From positions 128,001 through 192,000 of the forward strand of contig JBDHJS010000003.1 of NCBI GenBank assembly GCA_039586795.1: 64,000 nt of DNA, written 5' to 3'. The DNA is from Gemmatimonadota bacterium. GTDB lineage: Bacteria > Gemmatimonadota > Gemmatimonadetes > Palauibacterales > KS3-K002. The notes below the pieces were generated by a model. It had not been told where the DNA came from. It did not search any database and saw only the letters and a program-made list of their open reading frames with translations. The position numbers were made by a program, and so were the translations under genes. Within the stretch, counting starts at the first letter, position 1; every line of letters starts with the position of its first letter. This document shows, piece by piece, positions 19,296-29,516 of this stretch.

Positions 19296-19714
19296 CTCTC
19301 TTCCATCGGTAGTTGGTGTTCAGCGAAAACGGATTTGCACGGCCGCAAGATAGGGAAGCCGGGCCTTCAAACCAACCCGGGCCCTCCGGCATCATAACAG
19401 TGCAGGATAGAGGCGCGACCTATATACAAAAGATATGGCGAGGAGACCCGTACACGGCCCGCAATGCCCGCCCAGGCTGCCGGCGCGCCGCGCGCATGCG
19501 CGGCCTGATAGAGCAGGCCCGCGCGGGGGACCGTTCTGCTATATCGAGAGCACGTGGGTCGCGTCCCCGGGCTGTACGTCCGACTCACGGGTGACGCAAC
19601 GCCAGCGGAAAAACGCCAGTGCTCAGATCGATGCCGCGCTGGAGGCCATGGCAGAGGGAGACTAGCGGAACTCCGCCACAGGGCGGGTGTTTAGAGGGTA
19701 CACTTAACGAACTG

Positions 19715-19747
19715 AACGGGCGGTAACTCCAATGATTACCGCCCGTT
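19715..19747 (-). terminator. Hairpin/terminator downstream of tRNA-Arg
   Basis: AACGGGCGGTAA-N9-TTACCGCCCGTT, a perfect 12-bp inverted repeat. Confidence 0.65.
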
Positions 19748-19817
19748 GTATGTCCGTGCGGCTGGCGATCGTTGACCGTTGGTAGGCCGCCTGCGAAGTT
19801 TCTTAGCTTGAACAGAG

Positions 19818-19891
19818 TGGCCCTGGAGGGACTCGAACCCCCGACCTTCGGTTTAGGAAACCGCCGCTCTATCCGACTGAGCTACAGGGCC
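19818..19891 (-). tRNA. tRNA-Arg(CCT)
   Basis: GGCCCTGTAGCTCAGTCGGATAGAGCGGCGGTTTCCTAAACCGAAGGTCGGGGGTTCGAGTCCCTCCAGGGCCA folds as a cloverleaf with anticodon CCT; CCA is not encoded. Confidence 0.97.
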
Positions 19892-19900
19892 GCGCCCGAA

Positions 19901-19930
19901 AGGCTATTCAGGCCCGGTAACTCGTGTCAA
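19901..19930 (-). promoter_or_regulatory. Candidate sigma-70 promoter of tRNA-Arg
   Basis: TTGACA-N18-TAGCCT on the minus strand just upstream of the tRNA. Confidence 0.5.
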
Positions 19931-19955
19931 TGGCCCGTTGGAGGAACCGCAAGTA

Positions 19956-21748
19956 ATGAGAAGATATTTATTCGTTCTGGTAGCGTTGTCACTCGCCGCA
20001 CCGACGGCTGGAGCCGCTCAAACGACCTTTATTGTCAACACCACAAACGACGTCGATGACTCGACCTGCGATGCGACCCACTGCAGTTTGCGCGAGGCCA
20101 TCGATGCCGCAAATCAGACCGCCGGAACCGATACGATCGCGTTCAACATACCGGGAGGCGGCGGCGTTCAAATCATCAGTCCAGGTAGTGCGCTGCCTGT
20201 CATCACGGACCCCGTGGTAATCGACGGTACGTCCCAACCGGGTTTCTCCGACGAGCCCATCATCGGACTCGATGGAAGTGGAGCGGGTACGGTGGACGGC
20301 CTCCACATCACCGCTGGCTCCAGCGTGGTTCGCGCTCTGGCGATCTACGCCTTCGATAACGGCATACTACTCGATGTGAACGGAGGCAACACGGTGGTCG
20401 CGAGTGTCGTAGGCTCCACCGGTAAGGCCGTTCAATGCGAGGACCTCGGGAATACTGCTGCCGGCATCGTGGTTCAGAGCTCGGACAACGTCATCGGCGG
20501 CGCGTCACTCACCCTGTCTAACGAGATCGTCTGCAACACCACGGATGGAATCCGCATGACGACCTGGGCTTGGCAGACCTTGGGAACGGACGCGATGGGG
20601 TCCGGATCGAAAGCTCTACGGACAATACGATCGGTGGCACCGGCCTATTTCAAGGGAACTTCATCGTCCGCAACGTCGGGGACGGAGTCCGAATCGCTGG
20701 AGCCGCATCCGCTAACAACCGCATCGCTGGCAACACGATCGCGCAGAATGACGGGTACGGGATCCTTCTTCCCGACGCCGGAACTGGAAACGAGTTCGAG
20801 ACCAATCACATCTCGGACAGCGGCCAGATGGGGATAGACCTGGGCGAGGATGGCGTCACTGAGAACGACATCGGTGACACGGATACCGGCCCGAATGACT
20901 ATCAGAACTACCCCGATATCAGCTCCGTCCGGATCGGCGGCGCAGTCTATATCGACGGCGCACTTCGCAGCACGGCCAGCACGAATTTCAGCATCGAGAT
21001 ATTCGAAAGCGAGTTCTGTGACGCGACTAATCATGGTGAAGGCGAGTCTTTCGTTACCCGAGAGGGCGTGACAACGGCCGCTAACGGAGAAGTGGACTTC
21101 CTCATCGTGGGCGCTGATGTAGAGCCCGGTGCCTACGTAACCGCTACCGCCACGAGCAACACCGGCAACACATCCGAATTCTCACGCTGCGTCCAGGCCA
21201 GCGGATTCTCCGTGACCATCGTACCGGATACCACCATCGTCAATCGCGGAGGGATTGCGAGGTACGCGGTGGAAGTCATGCCGGTTGGCGGCTCCTACAA
21301 TGCAGAAGTGGCCCTGCGCTGCAACGAAAAGCCGGTTCTTACCGCTTGCACTTTCTCTCAGGACACCGTGATTCCTGGAGCGAATGGAGTGACCTCATTC
21401 CTCGAGATTCAGACGAGCGCCTCGGGAACCTCGAGCCTCAGCGTCGCCGAAGGTCAAGGCACCGGCGGCGGCCCGTTCTGGCCGGGCGCCCTCGTGATAG
21501 GGCTGCCCGCAATCGCTCTTTTGGGGCTGATCCTCTCGAGGGAAGACCGCCGGGCACGCCGGTTGGCGATTCCGGTCGTAGCGGTGCTCGTTTTGGCTGG
21601 CGCGGCGATGCAAGCTGGCTGCAGTGAGGACGGGGTCAATGGGCCTCCCGGAGGCGGCACACCGTTAGGCGCACACCGGATTGTCGTCCAGTCCAAGTCG
21701 GATCCAATCATCCAGCTTTCGACGACAACTCTCGTCGTCACGCCGTAG
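19956..21748 (+). pseudogene. CSLREA-domain / parallel beta-helix surface protein split by a frameshift near 20555
   Basis: Signal peptide and FIVNTTND...CSLREAIDAAN in ORF 19938..20837. The beta-helix repeats, GIDLG.DGVT.ND..D.DTGPN..QNYP and TATAT...GNTSEFS continue in another frame (ORF 20570..21748). Confidence 0.8.
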
Positions 21749-21770
21749 AGACGTCGGAGCCCGATCCAAG

Positions 21771-22145
21771 GTGCCTATCCATTTCGACCGGGATGATTTC
21801 GAGCGACTCGTCCAGTCGGCCCTGGACGAACTACCTGACGAGTTCGCCGAGCGTCTGGATAATATCGCGGTTGTCGTGAAGGAAGAGCCGGACCCAGCGG
21901 ACTTGCGTGAGCTCGGCCTCGACGAGGAATCGGACTCCGACGAGTTGTTCGGTCTCTACGTTGGCGTGCCTATTATCGATCGCGGCAGCTCGTACACCGG
22001 TCTCCCCGACTGCGTCTATATCTACATGGGACCGATCTCGCGGGCCTGCGCCACTTCGGAGGAAGTCGTTCGCGAGGTCCGTGACACTGTCATCCACGAG
22101 CTCGGCCATCACTTCGGCCTGAGCGACGCCGACATGCCGTACTAG
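21771..22145 (+). CDS. Zincin-like metallopeptidase family protein (minimal zincin)
   Basis: ALDELPDEF, LFGLYVG, TVIHELGHHFGL; GTG start at 21771. Confidence 0.9.
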   Translation: MPIHFDRDDFERLVQSALDELPDEFAERLDNIAVVVKEEPDPADLRELGLDEESDSDELFGLYVGVPIIDRGSSYTGLPDCVYIYMGPISRACATSEEVVREVRDTVIHELGHHFGLSDADMPY

Positions 22146-22184
22146 AGGGACTCGGGGATTCGGGGATTACGAGACTAGGGGTTT

Positions 22185-23249
22185 ATGAGATTGAGGGGGT
22201 CGGTAATGCTGAAGATCCCGGTTCTACTCATCACCATCCTACTCCATTCGGCAGGGATCGCATCTGCTCAGTGGTTACTGCAGAACAGTGGAACCGATGC
22301 CGAGTTCCGAGGCATCAGCGCGGCGAGTGACTCCGTCGTTTGGGCTGCCGGCCGCAACGGGACGTTTGCACGAACCGTAGATGGTGGCGCCACCTGGCGT
22401 GCGGACACAGTCCCCGGCGCAACCTCTCTCTTCTTCATCGATGTGCACGCCGTCTCTGACAGCGTGGCTTATCTTCTGGGCACGAGCTTCGATGGTGGCC
22501 TTGCCAGGATCTACAAGACGAGAGACGGCGGCGCCCGCTGGACGGAGGTCTACAGCAACGGCGCCCCCGGCGTGTTCTTCGACGGTCTGGCCTTTTGGGA
22601 TTCGGAGCGCGGCATCGCGTTTAGCGATCCTGTCGATGGCGCCTTCCTGATCATCAGCACCGCCAACGGCGGAGCGACCTGGGAGACGGTTCCGCCGGAG
22701 AACGCTCCTCAGCCGCTCTCCGGCGAGGCCGGGTTCGCCGCCAGCGGCACGGCAATCACCGTCGCTCCGGGCGGTCGCGTCTGGATCGGTACCGGCGGCG
22801 CCGGATCGGCCAGGGTGCTGATGTCGAACGACTGGGGTCAGACGTGGACGGCCGCGACGACATCGCTACCCGCCAGTGAATCCGCCGGTATCTTCGGGAT
22901 CGCGTTCCGAGATCCGCAGGTCGGCGTGGCAGTCGGCGGCGATTACCAGGCGCCTAACGACTCCAGCCTTAACGTTCTTCAGACAATCGATGGCGGCCAG
23001 ACCTGGACGTTGGTCAGCCGATCTCTCCCGTATGGCGTCCGCTACGGTGTGGCCTACGTCCGCGTAGGAGAGACCTGGTTTCTGGTGGCCGTGGGTCCGT
23101 CCGGTTGGGGTTATTCGACCGACGATGGTGCGACCTGGAGATACATCGACTCCCTCGGCTACAACACGGCTGGCGCCGCTCCCGGCGGCCCCGTGTGGGC
23201 GGCCGGCGTTGACGGAAGAATAGCCAAGTTCCGGCCTCCAGCTCGCTGA
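22185..23249 (+). CDS. Secreted YCF48/BNR-repeat beta-propeller protein
   Basis: Signal peptide; repeated T.DGG.TW Asp-boxes; GEAGFAASGT. Alternative start at 22206. Confidence 0.88.
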   Translation: MRLRGSVMLKIPVLLITILLHSAGIASAQWLLQNSGTDAEFRGISAASDSVVWAAGRNGTFARTVDGGATWRADTVPGATSLFFIDVHAVSDSVAYLLGTSFDGGLARIYKTRDGGARWTEVYSNGAPGVFFDGLAFWDSERGIAFSDPVDGAFLIISTANGGATWETVPPENAPQPLSGEAGFAASGTAITVAPGGRVWIGTGGAGSARVLMSNDWGQTWTAATTSLPASESAGIFGIAFRDPQVGVAVGGDYQAPNDSSLNVLQTIDGGQTWTLVSRSLPYGVRYGVAYVRVGETWFLVAVGPSGWGYSTDDGATWRYIDSLGYNTAGAAPGGPVWAAGVDGRIAKFRPPAR

Positions 23250-23419
23250 GGGCACGGGCGAGAACCGGGCACGTATCTTGACCTTCTAGGCGGGGTCCCA
23301 CCGGTTCGGGACCCGGAATCCCTTACCCTACATGGGGTTCACCCACTCCCCCGTTTCATAAGAATCTTGTCGTTTTGCAATCCCGTCGTGCAAAAAACCC
23401 GACGGCGCGAGGTATACCA

Positions 23420-24169
23420 ATGTCCGAGGTCAGCCATCAGTCCGAGTCCATCCGAGAGGCCATACAGCGCCTGACCGAATTTGCCGTTGAGCAAATGGAG
23501 AAGGGCGCGAACCGGGAGACGGTCAAAGGGCGCCTCATGGAACGCGGGGTTCAGGAGGATATCGCGGTCGAGATCGTCGCCAGGGCCTTCGGGTCGGCGG
23601 AGCCGGCGGCCACCGCCGTCGAGACCGCGGATACACCTCAGTCTACCGACCCGGCCATTGCGGCCGACCTGGCTGAAGTCCCCGCAGAGGTCGCGGAGGA
23701 GGAGTTCAGTCTTCAGGCGCTGGCGCCGGCCATCGGCGGGGGTGCCGCCGGAGCGCTGATCGGCGGGATCGTCTGGGGCCTGATCGCGAGCGCGACCGGC
23801 TACGAGATCGGCTGGGTCGCCTGGGGCGTCGGCTGGCTGGCTGGTTTCGGCGTTGTTCTGGCGGCCCGCGGCCAACGCGGAAAGCCCCTGCAGCTGGTCG
23901 CTGCCGCTGCGGCCGTGTTTGGCATATTCGTCGGCAAGTACCTGACGTTTTTCGCCGCCTTCAAGCAGTACGTCGGCGAAGAGTATGGCGCGGAGGCCGT
24001 GACCCAATTGTCCGTCTTCTCCGTCGGTGTCATGCAGTTGTTCGGATCCAGCCTTGGGCTGATGCTCAGCGGCTTCGACGCACTATGGGTGATACTCGCC
24101 GTTGCCACCGCCTGGGGGATTCCGAAAGCCAAGAGCATCGAGCTGCAACCTGCAGCCGAGACGGCCTAG
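23420..24169 (+). CDS. Hypothetical integral membrane protein
   Basis: N-terminal helical domain, acidic linker, 4-5 Gly-rich TM helices; ATG 23420 follows GAGG. Confidence 0.8.
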   Translation: MSEVSHQSESIREAIQRLTEFAVEQMEKGANRETVKGRLMERGVQEDIAVEIVARAFGSAEPAATAVETADTPQSTDPAIAADLAEVPAEVAEEEFSLQALAPAIGGGAAGALIGGIVWGLIASATGYEIGWVAWGVGWLAGFGVVLAARGQRGKPLQLVAAAAAVFGIFVGKYLTFFAAFKQYVGEEYGAEAVTQLSVFSVGVMQLFGSSLGLMLSGFDALWVILAVATAWGIPKAKSIELQPAAETA

Positions 24170-24233
24170 CAAAGCACACACGAGCCCGCCGCCTGACCCG
24201 TAGACGGCGTGGCATGTCAGTTGGGAGGATGGT

Positions 24234-24647
24234 TTGGGACAGACGGCCAACAGGATCTGGAAGGTAGAGCGCCGCGACGCAGAGAGGGACTCGACAGCGA
24301 CAAGGGACGACCGTGCTACCGCACTTGTGACGATAGAAGAAGTACTCCGACCACCGGATACCACCACCACCGCAGCTGTAACCTGTCCTGAGCGCGATGC
24401 CAGTCGCTCGAATCACCATCTGCCTAGCAGCGTTCCGACACCCGTCACTGTTCGCCGCCCGAATACAAGGCGTGCCCGGCGTTTCCGCTTGAAGAAGCGA
24501 TTCGCGATCGTGGCGCTGGCTATTGGATTGGCAATATCGGTTGGCCTGCTGGCCGGCTCGCGGCTCAATAGCGCCAATGATCATCCGGCTGTGTCGGGCG
24601 CGTACGGCATACCGGAAGTGCCGGGCCATCCCGGCGGCGGGTACTAG
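24234..24647 (+). CDS. Hypothetical single-pass membrane protein
   Basis: Fills the intergenic gap; a basic stretch is followed by one TM (FAIVALAIGLAISVGLLAG). Start uncertain. Confidence 0.4.
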   Translation: MGQTANRIWKVERRDAERDSTATRDDRATALVTIEEVLRPPDTTTTAAVTCPERDASRSNHHLPSSVPTPVTVRRPNTRRARRFRLKKRFAIVALAIGLAISVGLLAGSRLNSANDHPAVSGAYGIPEVPGHPGGGY

Positions 24648-24668
24648 CCTCAGGAAACGCCCAGCACC

Positions 24669-25220
24669 TTACGGCTGCCTGAGATCGAAGCCCAAGTAGC
24701 CGTCGATCCACAAGTAGTCGCTGTTCTCTCCTCCCCTGAACACCATGTAGAAGCTTGTCCCGACCAGCACCGTCAGGTGCTCCGATACCTCCAGCCCCAG
24801 ACCCCCACCAAGCTGAAGTCCGCCGTCCCAGCGTCGACCGTTCGAGACCTGATCCTTGGTTACAAACGCGCCGAGTCCAATCAAGGCGAACGGATCGTAG
24901 GCTCCCCAGCTACCCACTGCCTTCGCTATCAGCGACAGATCGATAATCCCCTCATTGTCCACGGTGCCCGGCAGCGGCTCGTGGTCGAACGAGTGAAACG
25001 CGAGCTGAGCGCCCACCCTCGTCATTGGACTCAGCGTGTACTCGCCGCGCGCCCCGGCCACGAAGCCCGGATCGAAGTGCACGTTCATATCCCCTACCGG
25101 CCACCCAGCGCCCAGCATGAAGCTCGCGCGGAGGTAGTGATCGGCTGGTTCCTCCTGGCCCGCTGCGGGTAACGCTTGCAGCATCAGCATTGCGAAGGCT
25201 AGGGCATGCCGATTCAGCAC
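24669..25220 (-). CDS. Outer-membrane beta-barrel protein (OmpA-like 8-stranded type)
   Basis: Signal peptide; amphipathic strands with PFALIGLG and GLQLGGGLG; aromatic C-terminal strand. Confidence 0.75.
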   Translation of the reverse strand: MLNRHALAFAMLMLQALPAAGQEEPADHYLRASFMLGAGWPVGDMNVHFDPGFVAGARGEYTLSPMTRVGAQLAFHSFDHEPLPGTVDNEGIIDLSLIAKAVGSWGAYDPFALIGLGAFVTKDQVSNGRRWDGGLQLGGGLGLEVSEHLTVLVGTSFYMVFRGGENSDYLWIDGYLGFDLRQP

Positions 25221-25420
25221 TGGCTCTCCCGAGGTCTATGGTCGAAGGCGGAGGGGCCGTGGGCGTAGGGGTGCGTGTCCTAGATACAATGAGGCAGGCG
25301 CCTCGTGCAAGATGCAGCCTCCGTCAGACCGATTGACAAGCCCGTTTCGCCTGCCGTCCCGCCGCACTACCTTGTGCCGTCAAGCTCCAATCCAGCGAGA
25401 TATCATTACCGGGAGGAGAG

Positions 25421-28400
25421 ATGATTAGACGACTCGCACTCCTGCTGGCCTTAGTACTTCTCGTACCCAAGGCGCCGGCAGTGGCGCAGGGCGACAACGG
25501 CACGCCGCAGCTGAATTCCGGTCTGCTGAACGCTCTGAGTATGCGCAACATCGGCCCAGCTCTGATGTCGGGCCGGGTGAGCGACATCGCGGTGGACCCG
25601 ACGAACCATAGCGTCTGGTATGTCGCGATGGCGTCCGGGAACCTGTGGAAGACAGAGAACGCCGGCACAACCTGGCGTCCGATCTTCGATAGGTACGCTT
25701 CCTATTCCGTGGGCGCCGTGACGGTAGACCCAAAAGACCCACTGACCATCTGGGTCGGCACCGGCGAGAACAACAGCCAGCGAAGCGTCGCGTACGGCGA
25801 CGGAGTGTACAAGTCCACGAACGGGGGTCGGAGCTTTACAAACGTAGGGCTGAAAGACTCCGAGCACATCGGGATGATTCGCGTCGACCCACGCAACTCG
25901 GACGTCGTCTACGTCGCGGCGCAGGGCCCGCTCTGGGCCCCGGGTGGCGACCGCGGGCTGTACAAGACAACTGACGGTGGCGCGACATGGGACCTGGTTC
26001 TAGAGATCGACGAAAACACTGGGGTGTCCGAAGTCTACTTCGAGACCGGCAACCCGGATGTCGTGTACGCCGTCTCTTACCAGCGTCGGCGCCACGTCTG
26101 GACGCTGATCGACGGCGGTCCGGGTAGCGGGATCTGGAAATCGACGGACGCCGGAGCGACCTGGAACAAGATCAACAGCGGCCTGCCTAGCGGGGACAAA
26201 GGCAAGATCGGGATGGCCGTTTCACCCATCCGGCCCAACGTTCTCTACGCGATCGTCGAGGCGACAGGCAACCGCGGCGGCTTCTACAAGTCAGAGAACG
26301 GCGGGCAGAACTGGTCGAGGCAGTCCAGCTACGTCAGCGGCAGCCCGCAGTACTACAATGAGATCTTTGCCGACCCGCACAAATTCGACCGCCTCTACTC
26401 CATGGACACTCGCCTCATGGGCTCGGACGACGGCGGAGAGAATTGGTACCGTGTCGGCGAACGTTGGAAGCACGTCGACAACCACGCGCTGTGGATCGAT
26501 CCGAAAGATGCGAACCACTTCGTGGTAGGCTGCGACGGCGGCCTCTACGAGACATTCGACCGCGGCGCCAACTACAAGTTCTTCCCCAACCTGCCCGCTA
26601 CCCAGTTCTACAAGGTCGCGGTCAGCAACGACGAGCCGTTCTACTACGTCTACGGCGGAACGCAGGACAACAACACGCAGGGCGGTCCGGTGCGTACCGA
26701 CAACGTACACGGCATTCGCAATAGCGACTGGTTCATCACAGTAGGCGGCGACGGATTCGATCCGGCGGTCGATCCGGTAGAGCCGAACATCGTCTACTCG
26801 CAGTGGCAGTACGGCGGCCTGATCCGGTTCGACCGGGCCACCGGGGAAACGGTGGACATCAAGCCGCGCGAATCGCGCGAAGGGCCGCCGCTACGCTGGA
26901 ATTGGGACTCAGCGCTGCTCATCAGCCCGCACTCCAACACGCGAGTCTACTTCGCGGCGCAGATCCTCTTCCAAAGCGACGATCGCGGGAATACCTGGCG
27001 TGCGATCAGCGGCGATCTGACGCGGAACATGGATCGCAACACGCTGCCGGTGATGGGCCGGATCTACGGCGTTGACGCCGTTGCCAAGAACCGCTCGACG
27101 TCGCTGTACGGAACCATCGTAGCGCTGACCGAGTCGCCGTTGGTCGAAGGATTGATCTACGTCGGCACCGACGATGGCCTGGTCCAGGTCACCGAAGACG
27201 GCGGAGAGAACTGGCGGGAGATCGACGGCATCGGCGACGTCCCCGAGATGACTTACGTGAGCGATCTCGAGGCCTCGCTCCACAACGAAAACACCGTGTT
27301 TGCCGTGTTCAACAACCACAAGAACGGCGACTTTCTGCCTTTCGTGTACAAGAGCACGAACCGCGGCGGCTCGTGGACAAACATCACCGGCGACCTGCCG
27401 GAGCGGGGCTCGGCTCATACGATCGTACAGGATCACGTCAATCCGAACCTGCTCTTCGTCGGTACAGAATTCGGCATCTTCGCGACACTCAACGGCGGAA
27501 CGAACTGGATCCAGCTTAAGGGCGGCATGCCGACGATTGCGGTCCGAGACCTGGAGATTCAGCGGCGCGAGAACGATCTGGTCGCCGCCTCGTTCGGCCG
27601 CAGCTTCTTCGTTCTGGACGACTACACGCCGCTGCGTGATCTAAACACGCAGTTGCTTCAGGCCGATGCTCACATCTTCCCGATCAAGACCGCTGATCTG
27701 TACATCCAGCGGCGATCGCTCGGTGGTGGGGAGAAGGCATCACAGGGCTCGATGTTCTACACGGCGCCCAACCCGCCTTTCGGCGCGACCTTCACGGTCT
27801 ACCTGAAGGACTCGCTGAAGACCAACCGAGCGCAACGGCAGGAGCGCGAGCGCGAGGCGGCACGTGAGGGAGAGGACACGCCGTATCCGAGCTGGGAAGC
27901 GCTGAAAGCGGAGGACCGCGAGGAAGGCCCCGTTGTGATCCTGACGATCCGCGACCAGAGCGGCGCTGTTGTTCGTCGCCTCGATGGACCGACATCGGCA
28001 GGAATGCACCGTCTGACATGGGATCTCCGGTACCCGGGCGTTGGACCGATCAGCATGAACAGCCAGGGCCGTGGCCCACTGGTCGTGCCCGGCACCTACA
28101 CCGTCGAGATTCATAAGCGGGTTGACGGAGTGATTACCGAGCTGGCGCCGGCCACGCCGTTCCAGGTAGAAGTGCTCGGGACTCCCACCTTGCCGCCCGC
28201 CGATCGCGAGGCACTGCTCGCCTTCCAGATGCAGGTAGGCGATTTGCAGCGCGCCGTGCAGGGAGCCAGCCGGGCAGCGGCCGACGCCGAAGAACAGATT
28301 GGCTTCATCAAGCGGGCAATCGAGATTTCACCTCAGGTCGATGTAGCTTTGAGGAACGAGGCGCGCTCTCTAGAGATTAGGCTGATGGACCTTCGGGAAG

Positions 28401-28684
28401 CGCTGGGCGGCGATCCGACCAAGCGACGTCGTAGCGAATCGGCGATGCCGGGCATCCAGAGCCGCATCAGTACGGTGGTGTTCGGCAGTATGTCCAGCAC
28501 ATCCGCTCCCACCGCGACGCAGCAGCAGGGCTACGAGATCGCTGCGTCCTTGTTCACGGAGATCTACAACGACCTCAGCCAGTTGATCGAAGTGGATCTG
28601 CCGGCCTTCCAGCAGCGGCTAGAGGCGGCTGGTGTTCCCTGGACACCGGGTCGCGGGATGCCGGACTGGAATGGAGGAAACTGA
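25421..28684 (+). CDS. Large secreted VPS10/sortilin-like BNR-repeat protein (glycosyl hydrolase-like)
   Basis: GGAGG RBS, signal peptide, RNIGPALMSGRVSDI, many S/T.DGG..W boxes, GGTQDNN, C-terminal helical region. Confidence 0.92.
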   Translation: MIRRLALLLALVLLVPKAPAVAQGDNGTPQLNSGLLNALSMRNIGPALMSGRVSDIAVDPTNHSVWYVAMASGNLWKTENAGTTWRPIFDRYASYSVGAVTVDPKDPLTIWVGTGENNSQRSVAYGDGVYKSTNGGRSFTNVGLKDSEHIGMIRVDPRNSDVVYVAAQGPLWAPGGDRGLYKTTDGGATWDLVLEIDENTGVSEVYFETGNPDVVYAVSYQRRRHVWTLIDGGPGSGIWKSTDAGATWNKINSGLPSGDKGKIGMAVSPIRPNVLYAIVEATGNRGGFYKSENGGQNWSRQSSYVSGSPQYYNEIFADPHKFDRLYSMDTRLMGSDDGGENWYRVGERWKHVDNHALWIDPKDANHFVVGCDGGLYETFDRGANYKFFPNLPATQFYKVAVSNDEPFYYVYGGTQDNNTQGGPVRTDNVHGIRNSDWFITVGGDGFDPAVDPVEPNIVYSQWQYGGLIRFDRATGETVDIKPRESREGPPLRWNWDSALLISPHSNTRVYFAAQILFQSDDRGNTWRAISGDLTRNMDRNTLPVMGRIYGVDAVAKNRSTSLYGTIVALTESPLVEGLIYVGTDDGLVQVTEDGGENWREIDGIGDVPEMTYVSDLEASLHNENTVFAVFNNHKNGDFLPFVYKSTNRGGSWTNITGDLPERGSAHTIVQDHVNPNLLFVGTEFGIFATLNGGTNWIQLKGGMPTIAVRDLEIQRRENDLVAASFGRSFFVLDDYTPLRDLNTQLLQADAHIFPIKTADLYIQRRSLGGGEKASQGSMFYTAPNPPFGATFTVYLKDSLKTNRAQRQEREREAAREGEDTPYPSWEALKAEDREEGPVVILTIRDQSGAVVRRLDGPTSAGMHRLTWDLRYPGVGPISMNSQGRGPLVVPGTYTVEIHKRVDGVITELAPATPFQVEVLGTPTLPPADREALLAFQMQVGDLQRAVQGASRAAADAEEQIGFIKRAIEISPQVDVALRNEARSLEIRLMDLREALGGDPTKRRRSESAMPGIQSRISTVVFGSMSSTSAPTATQQQGYEIAASLFTEIYNDLSQLIEVDLPAFQQRLEAAGVPWTPGRGMPDWNGGN

Positions 28685-28706
28685 AATAAGCGGTGAGCAG
28701 TAGGTG

Positions 28707-28750
28707 GTAGGGGGTAGGGAGTGATCGCAACCGATCTACTCCCTACCCCC
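28707..28750. repeat. GTAG-type REP-like palindrome / bidirectional terminator
   Basis: GGGGGTAGGGAGT-GATCG-CAAC-CGATC-T-ACTCCCTACCCCC between convergent genes. Confidence 0.65.
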
Positions 28751-28773
28751 TTCCTCTATCGCGGCCCGATCGT

Positions 28774-29424
28774 TCAGATGCAGGCGCTCTCGTCCTTGTA
28801 CCGCACCTCTTCTTGCAGTTCTGTGATCACACCCGAAGTCGACACGTGAAGCACATATCGGTTTGTTTGGACCGGCGCGCAGAACTCGACCGTCTTCAAC
28901 ACCACCAATTCGAACCCGTCCTCGACATCGCGAATCCCACCCTCGGCCTTATCGACGGTGTTCCAGTGATACCGGAAACCGTCCACCAGGATGATCGCCT
29001 CTTCACGGCTGTCTATCGTTCCGAGAAAGTCGCCAAGCTCTTCCTGCGTGGCCCACATCAAGAATTGATTGTCGCTAACGCCCAAGATGTACTTGAAACA
29101 GTAGCCGGGCAGGCATTGAATTCCGAATCCGGTCTCCGCCTGCGTGGAATCGAATGAGGCGATAAGGCCTGAGCCCAGAGAATCTTTGGTTCTCCAACCT
29201 CCCGATCCAATCACCGAGTCCGGTGGCGCGGATCCGAAGAAGGCGAACCTGTACTCCCAGTAGTCCAGTGAATCCGACGGCACTACCCGGGAATAGTCGA
29301 GACCCTCCAGCGCGGGAAGCTGCTCGAAATCTGCCAGATCGACTTCAAACGATGAGTCGCACCCCAGGAGGGTTGCACTTAGCCACGCGATGCACAATCC
29401 GTTGAACCGAACGTGGGCATTCAT
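28774..29424 (-). CDS. Hypothetical lipoprotein
   Basis: Lipobox LLGC; Cys pairs (CLPGYC, FCAP, terminal ACI); GTIDSREEA. Alternative start at 29433. Confidence 0.7.
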   Translation of the reverse strand: MNAHVRFNGLCIAWLSATLLGCDSSFEVDLADFEQLPALEGLDYSRVVPSDSLDYWEYRFAFFGSAPPDSVIGSGGWRTKDSLGSGLIASFDSTQAETGFGIQCLPGYCFKYILGVSDNQFLMWATQEELGDFLGTIDSREEAIILVDGFRYHWNTVDKAEGGIRDVEDGFELVVLKTVEFCAPVQTNRYVLHVSTSGVITELQEEVRYKDESACI

Positions 29425-29516
29425 TGGCAGCACCCCTCTCTCTTGGCATGAAGGTCTCCCTGTCTGTGTGACGCGGAGGGGGGTGCGGTCGTTAAGCTAT
29501 CGTTCCTGTCCCTGGT

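Noticed and set aside
19296..19570. Purine or ZTP riboswitch upstream of purE
   Set aside because: Only short GC-rich hairpins are present; I could not recognise any aptamer consensus.
22147..22200. Imperfect GGGGATT-like short repeats before the BNR propeller gene
   Set aside because: Too short and degenerate to call as a repeat family.
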